From contig OZ024742.1 in NCBI GenBank assembly GCA_964016885.1, positions 303,490,001 to 303,554,000 of the forward strand: a stretch of 64,000 bases of DNA. The letters run 5' to 3'. A program made the position numbers and the translations under genes. Position 1 is the stretch's first letter. Every line of letters starts with the position of its first letter. The notes below the pieces were generated by a model, which worked only from the letters and a program-made list of their open reading frames with translations, did not search any database and was not told the DNA's origin. Source of the DNA: Eledone cirrhosa. Its lineage: Eukaryota. This document shows, piece by piece, positions 1-13,290 of the stretch.

Positions 1-148
1 AGTTATTCTTATTATTATATATTTTTATTATTTTATTTTTATTTTCATTTTTATTATCATATATTTTTGTAAGACTTTAGTGTATGTACACTCCATATTC
101 TTCAGAGTTTCCGGCTTGTATCTGCCGATATTACTTCTTGTTGTTTTG

Positions 149-193
149 ATTGCCCTGATGAGTCCTTAATAGGACGAAACATTGTCGGCTAAT
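149..193 (+). ncRNA. Minimal type I hammerhead ribozyme (Penelope pLTR remnant)
   Basis: attgcc-CTGATGA-gtcct(taat)aggac-GAAAC-att-GTC-ggctaat. Stems I, II and a short stem III are present, followed by AATAAA and (TA)n. Confidence 0.85.
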
Positions 194-234
194 AAAAACT
201 CTTGATGTATTAAAGGATTCTTTGTTTTACTCTC

Positions 235-364
<130 letters not shown>

Positions 365-1009
365 TGTGTATAATTCTTGAAGTCACCGAATTAACACAGT
401 CATTAGAACGTCGGATGGAGTGCTTTGTGGTGTTCGTTCAGGCTCTCTCACGGGGCCACACCATATAGTATTTGATTACATACTATCTGGTAATGTATTC
501 GCCTTAAAATAGGTGGGAATTAACGCAATGTTTCGGCATAGTTCAGTTTGGAGTTCAAGCCTCGTCGGAAATTATCATTTTTTTCCGCATCACGGTTATG
601 CCACTGATTTCTGCACGAATATTTTATATTGATAGTGTACATGAAGTATCGACAACTTTATTAGAAAGTATCTTGGCGTGCTAGATGCATTGTATATTTT
701 TTGAGGATTAGATATTACCTAGATGGAATTGACCTATATTATGTAAACGTAAAGTATCATGTACAGTCTACGTGAACGCTACCTGCAATACATTATCCCT
801 TTATATATTTGTAAATCTCTCTCTGTATGCACATCCAGATTCTCTCTTGTAAAGCTTTAAGCATATTATCCTACTCCAATTCACACTTTTCTTTCGTCTC
901 TTATTTTTGAGCACCTCTCGCGTTCGTCCTTTTGTTTGCATTTATTGCCTACTCTTCCACAACCACTACATTACCAAACTAATTTGTTTTACTTCTTCAC
1001 ATCTTACTG

Positions 1010-1071
<62 letters not shown>

Positions 1072-1744
1072 CCTCTCTCTCTCCCTCCCTCTCTCTCTCC
1101 CTCCCTCCCTCTCTCTCTCCCTCCCTCTCTCCCTCTCTCTATCAAGACCACCTCTTACTTCCACTCACCAATCTTTCCCATCTACTTCTATATTTCCATT
1201 ACGTTTCTCCCCATATTTCTAACAGGAAAACACAAGACAACCGCTAGATTAAATTTGAATTTAAATTGTAATTTTATCGACGGCAGGAATATGAAAGGCA
1301 TGGATAATGCCAGGGAAATCTCATCAGCCAGGGAAATCCCGTTGGCACATCCACTTACTCTGAGTGTCATATTAGTTTCATTTACTGACACTCTTTGTCT
1401 CATAATATTGCAGCATGTTACTTGACTCCACTGCTTCTCAGTGTGTCTTTCTTAATTTGTATCTTACTTCTTCCATGATTTGTACCTGCTTCGTGCTATT
1501 TGTTTCAAATTCTTTCAGTTAATCTTAACTGTGGATTTGTTCGCTATTTTCATATCTTTATATCATTTGTATTGTAATTAAATCTACATTTTCTCTGTAA
1601 TAAAATGTGTTCTTTTAATTTATGACGTTTCTATTAATACAGTGGAAAATATATTCTACACCTACAAAGTCCACGGCCGCCAAGCATTACCATACTTTGA
1701 GTAAATCAGAAGTAGATGAACAGGAATCCTCTTTTGCTCATGGA

Positions 1745-1800
1745 CTTTCATCCTTTCGAGGTCGATGAAAACGTACCAGTCTAGTACTGGGGTCGATTCT
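1745..1800 (+). mobile_element. Nin-domain SINE fragment
   Basis: ctttcatcctttcgaggtcgat..gtaccagt..tactggggtcgatt matches the SINE core at 52605-52797. Confidence 0.6.
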
Positions 1801-2167
1801 TCCTCTGTATGTCTTTCTCATTTCCTCTCTCTCAGTTTCTATCTTTCATTGGAAGAAATCTGTTGTACTCAGACCTGGAGAGGGATTGGTTCCGCCAGGC
1901 CTAAAATGCCTAAGAAACGCCATATGTCAATACGGTGCCCCTACTACTAGGAGTTACGGGCCCATACCATACCAATGTTATGCACAAGAATATCGAGCAC
2001 CAAAAGCCACCGTAATTACTCCCCTATTCGTCAAAACCTAAAATATGTGTGCATCATGCGGAGTGGTCATGTGAGTGTTTGGAATTCAGAGAATATGATG
2101 GTCACAGAATAAATTCCATAGCCTTGTACTCATCGCCACAAATAATGCTTCTTCTTTATTACTTCAG

Positions 2168-2334
2168 GTATTGCTCTTAGACAATTTCAATATTTAGATA
2201 TGTCTGCACGTTACAAGAATGGTTATATTTCTATTTCTCGTTTATACCCCGACGATACGGATTCCACTGATTTTAAAAAAATCTTTCAAGAAATAGATTA
2301 TTTAATGAATTATATGAAATTATATGTTCAATAA
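2168..2334 (+). CDS. Candidate terminal coding exon of an unidentified host gene
   Basis: Pyrimidine-rich acceptor ttctttattacttcag| followed by a 55-codon non-repetitive open frame (IALRQFQYLDMSARYKNGYISISRLYPDDTDSTDFKKIFQEIDYLMNYMKLYVQ*) in AT-rich DNA. No family recognised. Confidence 0.35.
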
Positions 2335-3221
2335 AAAGATTCAAATTTATTAAAATTCATTTCACTTTTACTGAATCCCGTTGTTCATATTTAATACGCT
2401 ATGTGTTATTTGCACCATTTAATTATTATTCTCCATATCGTCCAAATATCAGCAGCACAGCGCATCAGACACCGGAATTCTATAACAGATTTAAAGAAAA
2501 AATAATTACATAGATGAAAGATAAGTTTTCCAGACAAATACAATACAATTCAATTCAACGGAATGCAGCTTCATTAAGAACAACTCTTGTACATTTAAAA
2601 TTACATTTCTACCTGGGCAACGCCGGGTAAAGATACAAAGTCGATCTTAAATGTGTGAAACTAGAATATAAAGGAAGAGAAATGAAGGTTAGTCAACTTG
2701 GGAATTGAACAAACACCATTTGACTACTTAAAACGATGGTCTAATTGACTGAGCTAACTACAAGTTTCACTGCTTCAATGACACACGCTCAAAGATTGAG
2801 AAATGGATACTACACACACATATATACACATACAAATAAAATTAGACAAACACGCGCATTATATATATGTGTGTGTGTATGTGTGTGTGTGTGTTTTGTG
2901 TGTGTGTTTGTGTGTGTGTGCGTCTGTGTTTGAGTACCTAGTCGATCTCTTGGACTTTCACAAAGCGGTGAAAAGACAAAGTTAATACGGTGAGAAGACA
3001 AAGTTAATAGAATGATGTGTTCAAAGATAGAGATGATATAAAATAGCTTATAAAATAGAGTGAAGAGCATTAAAAACGGAAAAAGAAGTTGTCGCTATGA
3101 AAAGTCCAATTCCATATCTCTCAGATACCGGATAAACACTTTAAACAATTAAGCCATGGGACCATGGTACACACACACATGCGCACACACACACGCGCGC
3201 GCACATACACACGCGCGCGCA

Positions 3222-3325
<104 letters not shown>

Positions 3326-3337
3326 TATATATATATA

Positions 3338-3645
3338 TATACAATATATTAACAAATGGAAACTATCCAGGAAGCTCCACCCGGTAAGGTTGTCTCTTTT
3401 CAGGGTATGTCAATATTTATTTATAAAACTAATCTGCATTGTATTTTATCTGATGAAAGCGCACCATAATATGCCTTGGTGGCCCTTGAAATATGTATAA
3501 TAAAATAAATATGGTTTTATAAATATAGTTTCCATTTGTTAATATATTGTATATTTACTTCAATAATTTGTTGAGTGCTTTATATCAGTTATAAAAAATA
3601 TTTTTAAGCTTGTTGTATCCCAACGAATTAAATATAACCTTTGCA
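3338..3645 (+). mobile_element. HHR-bearing pLTR-like cassette with short 5' fold-back
   Basis: tattttat-CTGATGA(3450)..GAAAT-atgt-ATA-ataaaata (HHR about 3442-3507). 3338-3366 is the inverse of 3525-3553. A related copy lies at 31920-32225 on the minus strand. Confidence 0.7.
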
Positions 3646-3704
3646 TATATATATAGTAAAAGAGTGAAGAATAACGTGGTCGGCTATACAATAGGATTTA
3701 TTAA

Positions 3705-3815
3705 AATTATTAACAATTGTTTCATTAGTCCAGTGTGTCTAAAAATCACTGATCGCTAGAAGCCACATCACTCGATTTTAGTTACAGTCGATACCCGAAA
3801 AAATCATCAGAATAC
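3705..3815 (-). ncRNA. Hammerhead-like motif with long stem II insert
   Basis: Minus strand reads gtatt-CTGATGA..(about 80 nt)..GAAAC-aatt-GTT-aata, with palindromic stem III ACAATTGT. Confidence 0.5.
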
Positions 3816-3879
3816 TGATCTATGTACATGAAACAGTGCACTAGTATTTATAGATACATGGGTAACCTTGAACGATATC

Positions 3880-3990
3880 TTTATTTTATCGACCCCGTAA
3901 GGATGAAAGGCAAAGTTAACCTCGGCAGGATTTGAACTGAGATTGGCAAGAGCCGTAACTCTATGCGTCAAAGCATAGCGTCCGACCCTC
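3880..3990 (-). mobile_element. Nin-domain tRNA-derived SINE
   Basis: tttattttatcgaccccgtaaggatgaaaggcaaagttaacctcggcaggatttgaac is the reverse complement of the SINE at 52605-52797. Confidence 0.85.
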
Positions 3991-4009
3991 TATAATATAA
4001 TATAATACA

Positions 4010-4042
<33 letters not shown>

Positions 4043-4043
<1 letters not shown>

Positions 4044-5770
4044 AGTATGTACACGTACATACATATATGTATACCGACGTACAGTAGTATGTATATATAT
4101 ATATATATATACATACATGCACACATATATATATGCACGTATGGATTCACCGAATATTTATTATAATGCTCGGTGTGTTTGTAAACAAACATCCCGTATT
4201 AAGCCGTAGTGTCTAGCAACCACCGTTGCTCGTTTGTTCAACACTGACAAAGGAACGCTGTACTAGTTTCAAGCTTGTTAGCTATCGTCAGCAACGTATA
4301 CCTTCCTGCCAGATTGTTGAACGTATACACTTACCTTATGCATATTAACGGCTGAGTAGCCCAATTTGCATATCGAGTGGGTTAATCGGCCGGGTGCACC
4401 GAAAACGATAAACGGAAAAAATGAAACGATATTTCATTTCCCACTCTTAGTATGGCTGTTACTTAAATATAAGTATGTACACGTACATACATATATGTAT
4501 ACCGACGTACAGTAGTATGTATATATATATATACATACATGCACACATATATATATGCACGTATGGATTCACCGAATATTTATTATAATGCTCGGTGTGT
4601 TTGTAAACAAACATCCCGTATTAAGCCGTAGTGTCTAGCAACCACCGTTGCTCGTTTGTTCAACACTGACAAAGGAACGCTGTACTAGTTTCAAGCTTGT
4701 TAGCTATCGTCAGCAACGTATACCTTCCTGCCAGATTGTTGAACGTATATACTTACCTTATGCATATTAACGGCTGAGTAGCCCAATTTGTATATCGAGT
4801 GGGTTAATCGGCCGGCTGCACCGAAAACGATAAACGGAAACAATGAAACGATATTTCATTTCCCACTCTTAGTATGGCTGTTACTTAAATATAAGTATGT
4901 ACACGTACATACATATATGTATACCGACGTACAGTAGTATGTATATATATATATACATACATGCACACATATATATATGCACGTATGGATTCACCGAATA
5001 TTTATTATAATGCTTGGTGTGTTTGTAAACAAACATCCCGTATTAAGCCGTAGTGTCTAGCAACCACCGTTGCTCGTTTGTTCAACACTGACAAAGGAAC
5101 GCTGTACTAGTTTCAAGCTTGTTAGCTATCGTCAGCAACGTATACCTTCCTGCCAGATTGTTGAACGTATATACTTACCTTATGCATATTAACGGCTGAG
5201 TAGCCCAATTTGTATATCGAGTGGGTTAATCGGCCGGCTGCACCGAAAACGATAAACGGAAACAATGAAACGATATTTCATTTCCCACTCTTAGTATGGC
5301 TGTTACTTAAATATAAGTATGTACACGTACATACATATATGTATACCGACGTACAGTAGTATGTATATATATATATACATACATGCACACATATATATAT
5401 GCACGTATGGATTCACCGAATATTTATTATAATGCTTGGTGTGTTTGTAAACAAACATCCCGTATTAAGCCGTAGTGTCTAGCAACCACCGTTGCTCGTT
5501 TGTTCAACACTGACAAAGGAACGCTGTACTAGTTTCAAGCTTGTTAGCTATCGTCAGCAACGTATACCTTCCTGCCAGATTGTTGAACGTATATACTTAC
5601 CTTATGCATATTAACGGCTGAGTAGCCCAATTTGCATATCGAGTGGGTTAATCGGCCGGGTGCACCGATAAACGGAAAAAATGAAACGATATTTCATTTC
5701 CCACTCTTAGTATGGCTGTTACTTAAATATAAGTATGTACACGTACATACATATATGTATACCGACGTAC
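4043..5770 (-). repeat. Tandem array of four ~422-bp units, each with a minimal hammerhead (retrozyme-like)
   Basis: Units start at 4043, 4471, 4893, 5315 and 5731 (partial). Minus-strand HHR cgttg-CTGACGA-tagctaacaagctt-GAAAC-ta-GTA-cagcg at 4256-4296, 4678-4718, 5100-5140 and 5522-5562. Confidence 0.9.
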
Positions 5771-5787
5771 GGCTTAATACGGGATAT

Positions 5788-6735
5788 ATGATGATGAATT
5801 CCAACCGTGACCATCTCCGCTGAAAGTTTTCATGAAATAGTCTTTCGACTATACAGAGCATTTGAAGTTTTTCCAAATTGAAGGATAGGTATCTTGAACT
5901 AATTTTATCATGAGTTAAGGCTCTATTGATTTTTCCCTGGATTTCACTAAATTCTGTGGATGAATTTATATCCTGATTCTCTTTAGGATGAGTTTAAATT
6001 ATTTTTCTCACATCTTACGTTAACTATTTTTCCCATTTTGACGCTATAGTCACTTATATACTATGGAATGCTGTTCGCTTTTCGCTGCAGTGTTTTTTAT
6101 ACCTTTCATTTATATATTTATACTCGGATTTTTCCTCGAGTGCTTAAATTATTTGTGACTAATCCCGGTCTTTTTAATAAAAACCTGCGATAATATTGCA
6201 TTTTGCCGAACTCCTTACTGTAGAGTTTTTTTCGGAATGTTTTTGACTGTTGTTTCTTGTAAACAAACTTTCGTCTCATTCTGACGTCAATAGCCATTTT
6301 TTACTCGTGTGCGTTTTTCGTGATCACGCATGATGTTGGACTGGCCAGCTTTAGAATTCCCTTTTTGGTATATTAATCTGCGAGAATCCTGGTTATCGAG
6401 TTGAGCTCTGCTGATGATGAAATCCAACCGTGACCATCTCCGCTGAAAGTTTTCATGAAATAGTCTTACGACTATACAGAGCATTTGAAGTTTTTCCAAA
6501 TTGATGGATAGGTATCTTGAACTTTATTTTATCATGAGTTAAGGCTCTATTGATTTTTCCCTGGATTTCACTAAATTCTGTGGATGAATTTATATCCTGA
6601 TTCTCTTTAGGATGAGTTTAAATTATTTTTCCCACATCTTACGTTAACTATTTTTCCCATTTTGACGCTATAGTCACTTATATACTATGGAATGCTGTTC
6701 GCTTTTCGCTGCAGTGTTTTCTATACCTTTCATTT
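5788..6735. repeat. Direct duplication with ~625-bp period (5788-6110 and 6413-6735)
   Basis: Two near-identical ~320-bp blocks, each beginning tgatgatgaa(t/a)tccaaccgtgacc. Confidence 0.85.
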
Positions 6736-6937
6736 ACATATATATATATATATATATATAATTGTTTCTACTTTTGGCACCATAAAGGGCCGTAAATCTT
6801 TGCTGCAAAGCATGGTGTCCGACCCTCTACCGATACTGCCAATCCACCGCCCTTATATATATATATAAGGGCGGTGGTTTTGCATAATACTATATTATAT
6901 CATATATATATATATATATAGAGAGAGAGGGGGGGAG

Positions 6938-7048
<111 letters not shown>

Positions 7049-7424
7049 TAAACAGAAAGATGGAGTCGAAATTCTAAACTAGTTTATTGCTTTACACATG
7101 TTTCAAGGGTGATATAATCATTAGTTACAAATGGAATCTTGTAAGTACTTGTGTGAGTAACAAATAATGAAACATGTTAACAGAAAAGAAAATAAATTTA
7201 TACCACACCATTTTCAGAAGCAGTTTAAACCAAAATAAATATGCGCTAGTCATTCCCAACATAGAAACAGTGGTGTCAATTTTAAGACAACATAAGGAAT
7301 ATTTCGTAGAATTGATTTCAATGCCGCTAAAAATAACGGTTCAGCTACATCGCAACAGAACGCTGTCTAATATATATCACTCTACAGAAAGAATTGAGTA
7401 ACATTTCTTTTGATTCTTGCTATA

Positions 7425-7632
7425 TATAGCAAAAAGTATGACCCCGACGGCAGAGCTCAAGCCTTTTGGACGGCTATTTCTGAGTCCAGAAATAGCCGTC
7501 GAAACGGCTTGAGCTCTGCCGTCGGGGGTCATACCTTTTCCTATTTTTCCTATTTCCCACTCTACTACACTAAGTATTGAGTACTCTGGTGCGTTATCGT
7601 CCATCTGGTTCCTTACCACAATTCCTTTATTA
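7425..7632 (+). mobile_element. Fold-back fragment of the 'gagctc' pLTR-like family
   Basis: gaccccgacggcagagctcaagcc..gtcgaaacggcttgagctctgccgtcggggg inverted repeat plus the family tail. Same family as 27727, 30091, 33965 and 40077. Confidence 0.8.
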
Positions 7633-7787
7633 TATATATATATATATTTATTGTATTCAGCCATGTAGAGAGATATTTTATTTATTTATTATATATATAC
7701 ACACACACTTTCACCCGTGTAGGACATCTCATTTTTTCTTTTTCTTTTTCTATTTATTCTTTGAAAACTCGTTTTCTTATATATATA

Positions 7788-7889
<102 letters not shown>

Positions 7890-8192
7890 AATAAACATGT
7901 CTATAGAATCACCAGATAAAATATATACCATTTCCTCTCCCAATTAGCATAATTAATCATATAAAAAATCAATTAGACCAAGCTATAAGGATAAAGGCTC
8001 CTATGAAGAAATCTCCGACAAATAACCGAAAGCAGCCCTTCGCGGCGGTTGCGACGGAGTATTTATCGAGTATTTCGACAGCGTGTATAAATCGACCAGA
8101 TATACAGTCAACTAAACAGTGTTCACACACAAAACAGTATGGCGTAGGACAGAACAAAGGAGAGGGACAAAAAACAAAGACAAGAATCTCCA

Positions 8193-8235
8193 GTCACTGA
8201 AGAGGTCACAGCATATGTGACGAAAGAACTTTGAC
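8193..8235 (+). ncRNA. Minimal type I hammerhead ribozyme
   Basis: gtca-CTGAAGA-g-gtcaca(gcata)tgtgac-GAAAG-aa-CTT-tgac. Confidence 0.65.
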
Positions 8236-8459
8236 AATATATAAACAACCACCTGGTTGTGGAACCAACCAACCAACCGGAAATTTATAAATCCCTAAAT
8301 TTATAAATTTATTATAATAAATTGAAGTGAAAGCAACTGGTGCGTGTGTTTCTTATTGGCAACATGACTCTCCCAAAGTATAACAATATCGGTTTCAACA
8401 CACATTTTCAGATAAAGAATCTTGCTAAACATATTCAGAAACGATATATAAATATATAT

Positions 8460-8565
<106 letters not shown>

Positions 8566-8867
8566 TTTGAGTTTATGTTGGTTGTATACCAACACCTCAG
8601 TATGCAGGCTGGAGCACTCGACGAAGTGCGCAGGTTGGTTTGGTTACTCCGGAGTAGTGTAAAATAAAGTTAAATAAAAGTCAAATGATTAAAAACGAAG
8701 CTAAATTTTAATCATTTGACTTTTATTTAACTTTATTTTATATATATATATATTTATTAAAATAACAGATTAAAGTTTGAGCAAAGAATCGCTGCTTTCA
8801 CCCTTAACGGGATCTTCTGAAACTTATCGAGCCCTCTTTGGATTTTAGTCCTCCAATTTATTATTAT

Positions 8868-8922
<55 letters not shown>

Positions 8923-8947
8923 TGTAATAAACAACATAAGGCAATTA

Positions 8948-9007
8948 TTCCATTTACCAGTGGTTTCTTAAGAGCAAAAACATTTGCTTTCAATCATCAG
9001 AATGAAA
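8948..9007 (-). ncRNA. Hammerhead ribozyme in the inverted pLTR
   Basis: Minus strand reads ttcatt-CTGATGA-ttgaaagcaaa..ttgctcttaa-GAAACC-act-GGTA-aatggaa. Confidence 0.75.
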
Positions 9008-9362
9008 AAAATCCTGGTTTGTTTATTGAATTTGGATTTTCAAACCAAAAATGGAATCTATATGAAAGTGAGGCTGGAGATGGAAGAAGGAAAGGAAAAA
9101 TAAAATAAAACAACACATGCAAACACACACACACACACGCACACACACACATACAAAGGCATACATACACACACATATACATATATATATATATATATAT
9201 ATACATACACTCATACATACACACACACATATACACATATATGTGTATATAAATACACACATACACATACATTTACACATACATACATACGCACATAAAT
9301 ATCAACATATCCATACATACACATACATATATACAACCACGCACAAATATATACACATATAT

Positions 9363-9395
<33 letters not shown>

Positions 9396-9436
9396 TGTGC
9401 ATACACATACTCATACATAGCCATACACAGATACAT

Positions 9437-10974
9437 AAATCCGAAGTTGGCCTCGCTAGTAAAAAAATCTTAAGAAAAATAATTCTCCAAATTAGTACTA
9501 ACACTGACCTATCACAGTGGCTAAATACTTCCTCTGTTATTTCTTGGTTTAATAATATACAAGGTAAAAATAAGTGTAGATTTACCCATTTTGATATTGT
9601 TGATTTTTACCCCTCTATTACTGTCTCCTTATTAACTAATGCCTTAGATTTTGCAAGACCTTTCATTAATATTTCTAAACAAGAAGAAGACATTATCTTT
9701 CATGCTAGAAAAACTTTACTCTTTACTAATGAAAATATTTGGGTTAAAAAGTCAAACCCTGAAAACTCTTTTGATGTTGCAATGGGTTCATATGACAGTG
9801 CGGATGTGTGTGACTTAGTAGGATTATTCCTTCTCCACACTCTCAAAGAGAAATTTCCTTCCCTTAATATCGGTTTATACCGTGATGACGGATTGGCAGT
9901 TTCTCATACCACCAACGGCCATACCCTTGATAAATTCCGTAAAGATTTAATCAATTCTTTTGCTAATCTTAACCTTAAAATCACTATAGATACGAACCCT
10001 ACCAATGCTAACTTTCTTGATATTAATCTTGATCTACTTACCGCCTCTTTTAAACCTTATCATAAACCTAATGAAAATCTTAGGTATATACACAAAGAGT
10101 CTTGCCATCCCCCTATAGTTTTTAATAATCTTATTCCTAACATTAGCCGTAGGATTTCTACCTTATCTTTGTCTATAGACATTTTTAATAAAGCCGCTCC
10201 TTATTATAATAAAGCCCTTAAGAACAGCGGTTTTACAGAAACATTTTTATTTACCTACCCCCCCCCCCCTAAAACTAAACACAATAACAGGAAAAGGAAA
10301 ACTATTTGGTTCACACCCCCTTCTCTCTAACCGTTAACACTAATGTAGGAAGGAAATTCCTTGAACTCTTAGACAAACATTCTCCTCCTAATCATAGATA
10401 TTATAAGATATTTAATAGGAACGTAGTTAAGATCAGTTACTCTTGTTGCCCATCTATGAAGTCCAAGATCACTAGTTCAAATCATACGAGAACAAATCCA
10501 GGATGCAGTTGCAGGAAGCCGGATGAATGCCCATTGCAGGGTAAATGTAACACCAAATCTGTTGTTTATGAGGCTATAATAACACCGTTAATCAACAACC
10601 AGCCAGCCAGGTGTGAGCGATATGTCGGCATGACCCAGGACAGGTTTAAAACCAGATTTTACTCACATGTCGCTTCTTTTAAGCACTCCGATAAACGAAC
10701 ATCAACGGCCCTCGCAAGTAAGATGTGCGAATTCAAGGATAGTAATATCCCATACTCTATCGATTGGTCTATCTTAGACCATTCGAGGGAGTACCAAAGA
10801 GGCACAAAGAATTGTACTTTGTGTACCACAGAAAAATATAGGATTTTGCTAAACTTGAGAGCCACTTCTGCTTGCCTAAACTCAAAGACCGAGATCTTCA
10901 GATGTTGTCCTCATCTGAAATCACATCTGATCTGTAACTGGATTGACACTCCTATGATAAATCAACCGCCTTGA
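9437..10974 (+). pseudogene. Penelope-like RT plus GIY-YIG endonuclease, frameshifted near 10320
   Basis: FDIVDFYPSI, MGSYDSADVCDLVG and LYRDDGL RT motifs; CSCRKPDECPLQGKC linker; VVY..YVG..RFYSH GIY-YIG. A 1-nt shift joins IWFTPP to FSLTVNTNVG. Confidence 0.9.
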
Positions 10975-11160
10975 ACTCCTTCTCTGCTCTTTATTTTTAC
11001 TACGGTTTTTTTATTTGCTGAATCCACGTTCTGTACTCTTGTATTCTTTTTCTCCCTTATCTCCCTATATATTTCACCTTTTCCTATGTCTTCTTCCCCC
11101 CCCCCCATATATTCTTTTTGCCTTACCCTTCACATACCAAAATGTATGTGTATGTATGTG

Positions 11161-11243
<83 letters not shown>

Positions 11244-11276
11244 ATATATATGTATATGTAGATAGAGCAGGTTTTT

Positions 11277-11336
11277 TTCATTCTGATGATTGAAGGCAAC
11301 ATTTTTTTGCTTTTAAGAAACCACTGGTGATGGAAT
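11277..11336 (+). ncRNA. Hammerhead ribozyme in the 3' pLTR (cleavage site degenerate)
   Basis: ttcatt-CTGATGA..GAAACC-act-GGTG-atggaa. GUG replaces the GUA seen in the inverted copy. Confidence 0.65.
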
Positions 11337-11424
11337 AATTGCCTTATGTTGTTTATTACATTACTCTATATATGTATATATAAGGTTCATATGAATTATC
11401 TAAGATTGAGTTTTACACACACAC

Positions 11425-11494
<70 letters not shown>

Positions 11495-11630
11495 ATGTGT
11501 GTGTGTGTATTTGTATTTGGTTGTGCGTGTTTGTGATATGTACGTATTTGTATTTGTATGTGTATAATTGTATTCCTATGTATGTATGTGTGTGTATGTA
11601 TATATATATATGTGTGTATATGTGTGTGTG

Positions 11631-11695
<65 letters not shown>

Positions 11696-12378
11696 ATGTG
11701 TATATGTGTGTGTATATATGTATATGTGTGTGTGTGTGTGTTTGTGTATGTAATTGTGTATGCGCATGTATGTGTTTATGTATTTGTATATGTATTTTTA
11801 TGTGTGAGAGTGTGTGTATGTATTTACTTTTGGATATATATAAATACGGCCCCTTAATTAGAGTGCTAACTCAGTTGAAAGGACTTGACTGCTATTTCTT
11901 GTTGTCAATAAACCTATTCACGCTACTGGGACGAAGCTGGCGCGATGAGTGTATTTGTATTAAATGCAACACGTGCTAATTGTTAGTCACAGATTTGAAT
12001 TTGATGTGTAAACACAGATAGTTAAGTCTTCTTCCTAGTTTAAAATCCAGGATTTGGCTACTGTCGTTTACCAATCGATTAATTGGTGAAATATATTTCT
12101 TTAATGAAATATATACAAGGAAGATTAATCAATTTATAAGGTATCTATTTTTGAAGTTCTAGTTAAACCTTAATTAGTTACCCACATAGATGTGTGTGCT
12201 TACACACTTTTACTGATTATCCCCTGTGATTGTTTCATATGTTTATTTTAGATATATATATATGTCAATCAATTTCTAGTTGATATAAAATGCTCGGATC
12301 AATTCATTGGAATCTTGGAGCATATTCTACAGTGGATATGGGGCAAGTCTCTGACATGACACCCTTAATTTAATTTAA

Positions 12379-12436
<58 letters not shown>

Positions 12437-12440
<4 letters not shown>

Positions 12441-13290
12441 TATGTACACGTACATACATATATGTATACAGACATACAGTAGTATGTATATATATATACA
12501 TACATGCACACACATATATATATGTACGTATCTTTTTTTAGCGAACATTTATTATAATGCTCGGTGTGTTTGTAAACAAACATCCCGTATTAAGCCGTAG
12601 TGTTCAGCAACCATCGTTGCTCGTTTGTTCAACACTGACAAAGGAACGCTGTACTAGTTTCAAGCTTATTAGCTATCGTCAGCAACGTATACCTTCCTGC
12701 CAGATTATTGAACGTATATACTTACCTTATGCATATTAACGGCTGAGTAGCGCATACATACTACTGTACATCTGTATACAGATATGTATGTACGTGTACA
12801 TACTTATATTTAAGTAACAGCTGTACTAAGAGTGGGAAATGAAATTTCGTTTCATTGTTTCCGTTTATCGTTTTCGGTGCACCCGGCCGATTAACCCACT
12901 CGATATGCAAATTGGGCTACTCATCCGTTAATATGCATAAAGTAAGTATATACGTTCAACAATCTTGCAGGAAGGTATACGTTGCTGACGATAGCTAATG
13001 AGCTTGAAACTAGTACAGCGTTCCTTTGTCAGTGTTGAACAAACGAGCAACGATGGTTGCTGGACACTACGGCTTAATACGGGATGTTTGTTTACAAACA
13101 CACCGAGCATTATAATAAATGTTCGGTGAATCCATACGTACATATATATATATGTGTGCATGTATGTGTATATATATACATACTACTGTACGTCTGTATA
13201 CATATATGTATGTACGTGTCCATACTTATATTTAAGTAACAGCCGTACTAAGAGTGGGAAATGAAATCTCGTTTCATTTTTCCGTTTATA
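12437..13290. mobile_element. Fold-back copy of the 422-bp HHR unit
   Basis: 12437-12752 has the same orientation as the 4043 array (HHR minus 12647-12687). 12753-13290 is inverted, about 1.3 units (HHR plus 12980-13020). Flanked by (TA)n. Confidence 0.9.

Larger units (their letters stand above)
8919..11367 (+). mobile_element. Penelope-like retroelement (Naiad-like), 5'-truncated, with inverted upstream pLTR
   Basis: RT plus GIY-YIG ORF. The 3' pLTR 11262-11367 is the reverse complement of 8919-9020, and both carry an HHR. Flanked by (TA)n. Confidence 0.85.

Noticed and set aside
4043-5770. CRISPR-like array
   Set aside because: Units are ~422-bp full repeats without unique spacers, the context is eukaryotic, and no cas genes are present.
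9437-11367. Selenocysteine-recoding Naiad (in-frame UGA plus SECIS)
   Set aside because: No in-frame TGA occurs in the retained ORF, and no SECIS-like stem is seen downstream.
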